Below are positions 62,511 through 64,000 of a stretch of DNA of 64,000 nt, piece after piece. Source of the stretch: Lama guanicoe (taxonomy: Eukaryota); assembly GCA_013239625.1 (NCBI GenBank), contig MU054323.1:15752029-15816028 (forward strand). The letters are read 5' to 3'. Position numbers and translations under genes: made by a program. Below the pieces are notes generated by a model, which was not told where the DNA came from, did not search any database, and was given only the letters and a program-made list of their open reading frames with translations. Every line of letters starts with the position of its first letter. Position 1 is the stretch's first letter.

Positions 62511-63860
62511 TTTTTTAAAGTGTTGGTTCTAACACTTTATTAGCTGCCAAATGTGCTTCAAGATGTCAGATTTACTTTGTGAGAAATTTAAATATCTTTA
62601 TTTTATAACCCTCTATTTTACACCAATCCAATTCCTTAGGTCACCATCAGAAGAACCAGTTAAAAGCAAAATGCTAATGCAAATTATTGTCACAAACTGT
62701 CGGAGATAAACTTTAAGTAGTTTTCTAGAGGTAATTACTTCACTGATGACAAACATTTATGAGTTTAGATGAATTTAGTAGTTTAAACTTCAGTTGCTAA
62801 AGAAGTAAATTAACTTTTTCTTAAAAGAAACAAGTCAACTGTATTAATCAGTACACGTAGAAAACAGATTTATAAGATGTTTTTCAGCTTTACACTCAAT
62901 CATATAATTTTAGATTCAATAAAAGTATCTGAAGAAATGACATAAAAGTTATGTGCTTTTAAAAACAGTGGGAGAAATTCTACTTAAAATCCTTATGAGA
63001 ATAAAGTAGAGTACAAATTAAGGCATTTTCAAACCACCATACAAGAAAAGTGTAATAATAAAAATCAATCTTACCAAATCATACTACATATCCTCTGAGG
63101 GGTTCAAACAACTCTAAACATTTACTAATGAAGAATAGGGATTGTTTAATTTAGAAGAGCAATTTTCATGCCACAATTTCAACCAAATGATTCAAGGTGA
63201 GACTATAAGGCCGGGTCTTCAGCATGGTGTTTTTTTGTTTTATTTGCATTTTTACTATTTCCAGATAACTCTATTCAGGTGTGAAATAAAAATGACTCTT
63301 CCACAAAAACTAAGATTCGTGGATCTGGCCACACACATTGTTTGGGCTAATTCAACTAACATTCTAGGAGTGGCCAAGTAAAACATGAAAACAAAGGAAG
63401 GCAACAACTCCTTCAATATACACCAGTGGCTAAGCCAGCAGATTTGAGGGCCAAAGAGAGCGGTCACCAATGCGCACAACTATCACTAACTGCTAAGAGT
63501 ACTTAGAACTTAACGACTGTCGGTCATGCCTCTATCTGATAACTAAACATTACTAGCTCTAAACGGCTTTTACAAAATTATTTAACTATGCCTCTTAAAC
63601 GTGGTACTGACTTATGAATTATTACAATAAAAAGAAAGTAAAAAACTTATACAGCACACACAGGCTATGGGAGCTTTTCCTGAAACTGGACTTGAGACCA
63701 AGTAGCATCAATCACAGGCAATTAAATATACAATATATAGCTTAAGTATGTTTTTTACTTCTAAAAAATTTGCACTGAGAAGGAAGACTTGGTATCAATA
63801 TTATAGATCGTAAGTTAGACATTCAATGCTTCAATTTTAAGGTTCTTAAAGTTTTTTTCC

Positions 63861-63972
63861 AGAATCTGAAAAAAATATATATATGCATTTATATGTGTAA
63901 CTGAATCACTTTGTGGTACATCTGAAACTAACATTGTAAATCAACTACACTTCAATAAAAAAATTTAAAAAA
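63861..63972 (+). mobile_element. 5'-truncated artiodactyl-type L1 3' end
   Basis: agaatctgaaaaaaatatatat...taactgaatcactttgtggtacatctgaaactaacattgtaaatcaactacacttcaataaaaaa; flanked on both sides by tttttcc. Confidence 0.8.
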
Positions 63973-64000
63973 ATTTTTCCTATCAATCTTTTTTTTTTTT

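Overview
Mammalian genomic DNA, most likely from a camelid (inferred from tRNA-Ala(AGC)-derived Vic-1-type SINEs and artiodactyl-type L1 3' ends). Two genes converge tail-to-tail. VIT (vitrin) contributes its last three coding exons on the + strand (5181-10601; end of vWA domain 1 and all of vWA domain 2). STRN (striatin) contributes its last nine coding exons on the - strand (61805 down to 41411; linker plus WD40 repeats). All splice sites are GT-AG and the reading phases join correctly. STRN is followed by a ~8.3 kb repeat-poor stretch (about 33100-41410) that I interpret as a long 3' UTR. The rest is intronic or intergenic and carries old repeats: L1, L2, MIR, MLT1 solo LTRs, a near full-length decayed Tigger1, and MER5, MER58, MER82/Tigger17 and Blackjack relics. 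I found no prokaryotic-type system and no new protein-coding gene; most ORFs in the supplied track are spurious. The most interesting unexplained signal is a 22-nt site in the STRN 3' UTR (40900-40921) that matches miR-200b-3p at 18/22 positions, within a cluster of seven miR-200-family seed sites. Repeat family names come from remembered consensus sequences, and repeat boundaries are approximate unless target-site duplications (TSDs) are given.
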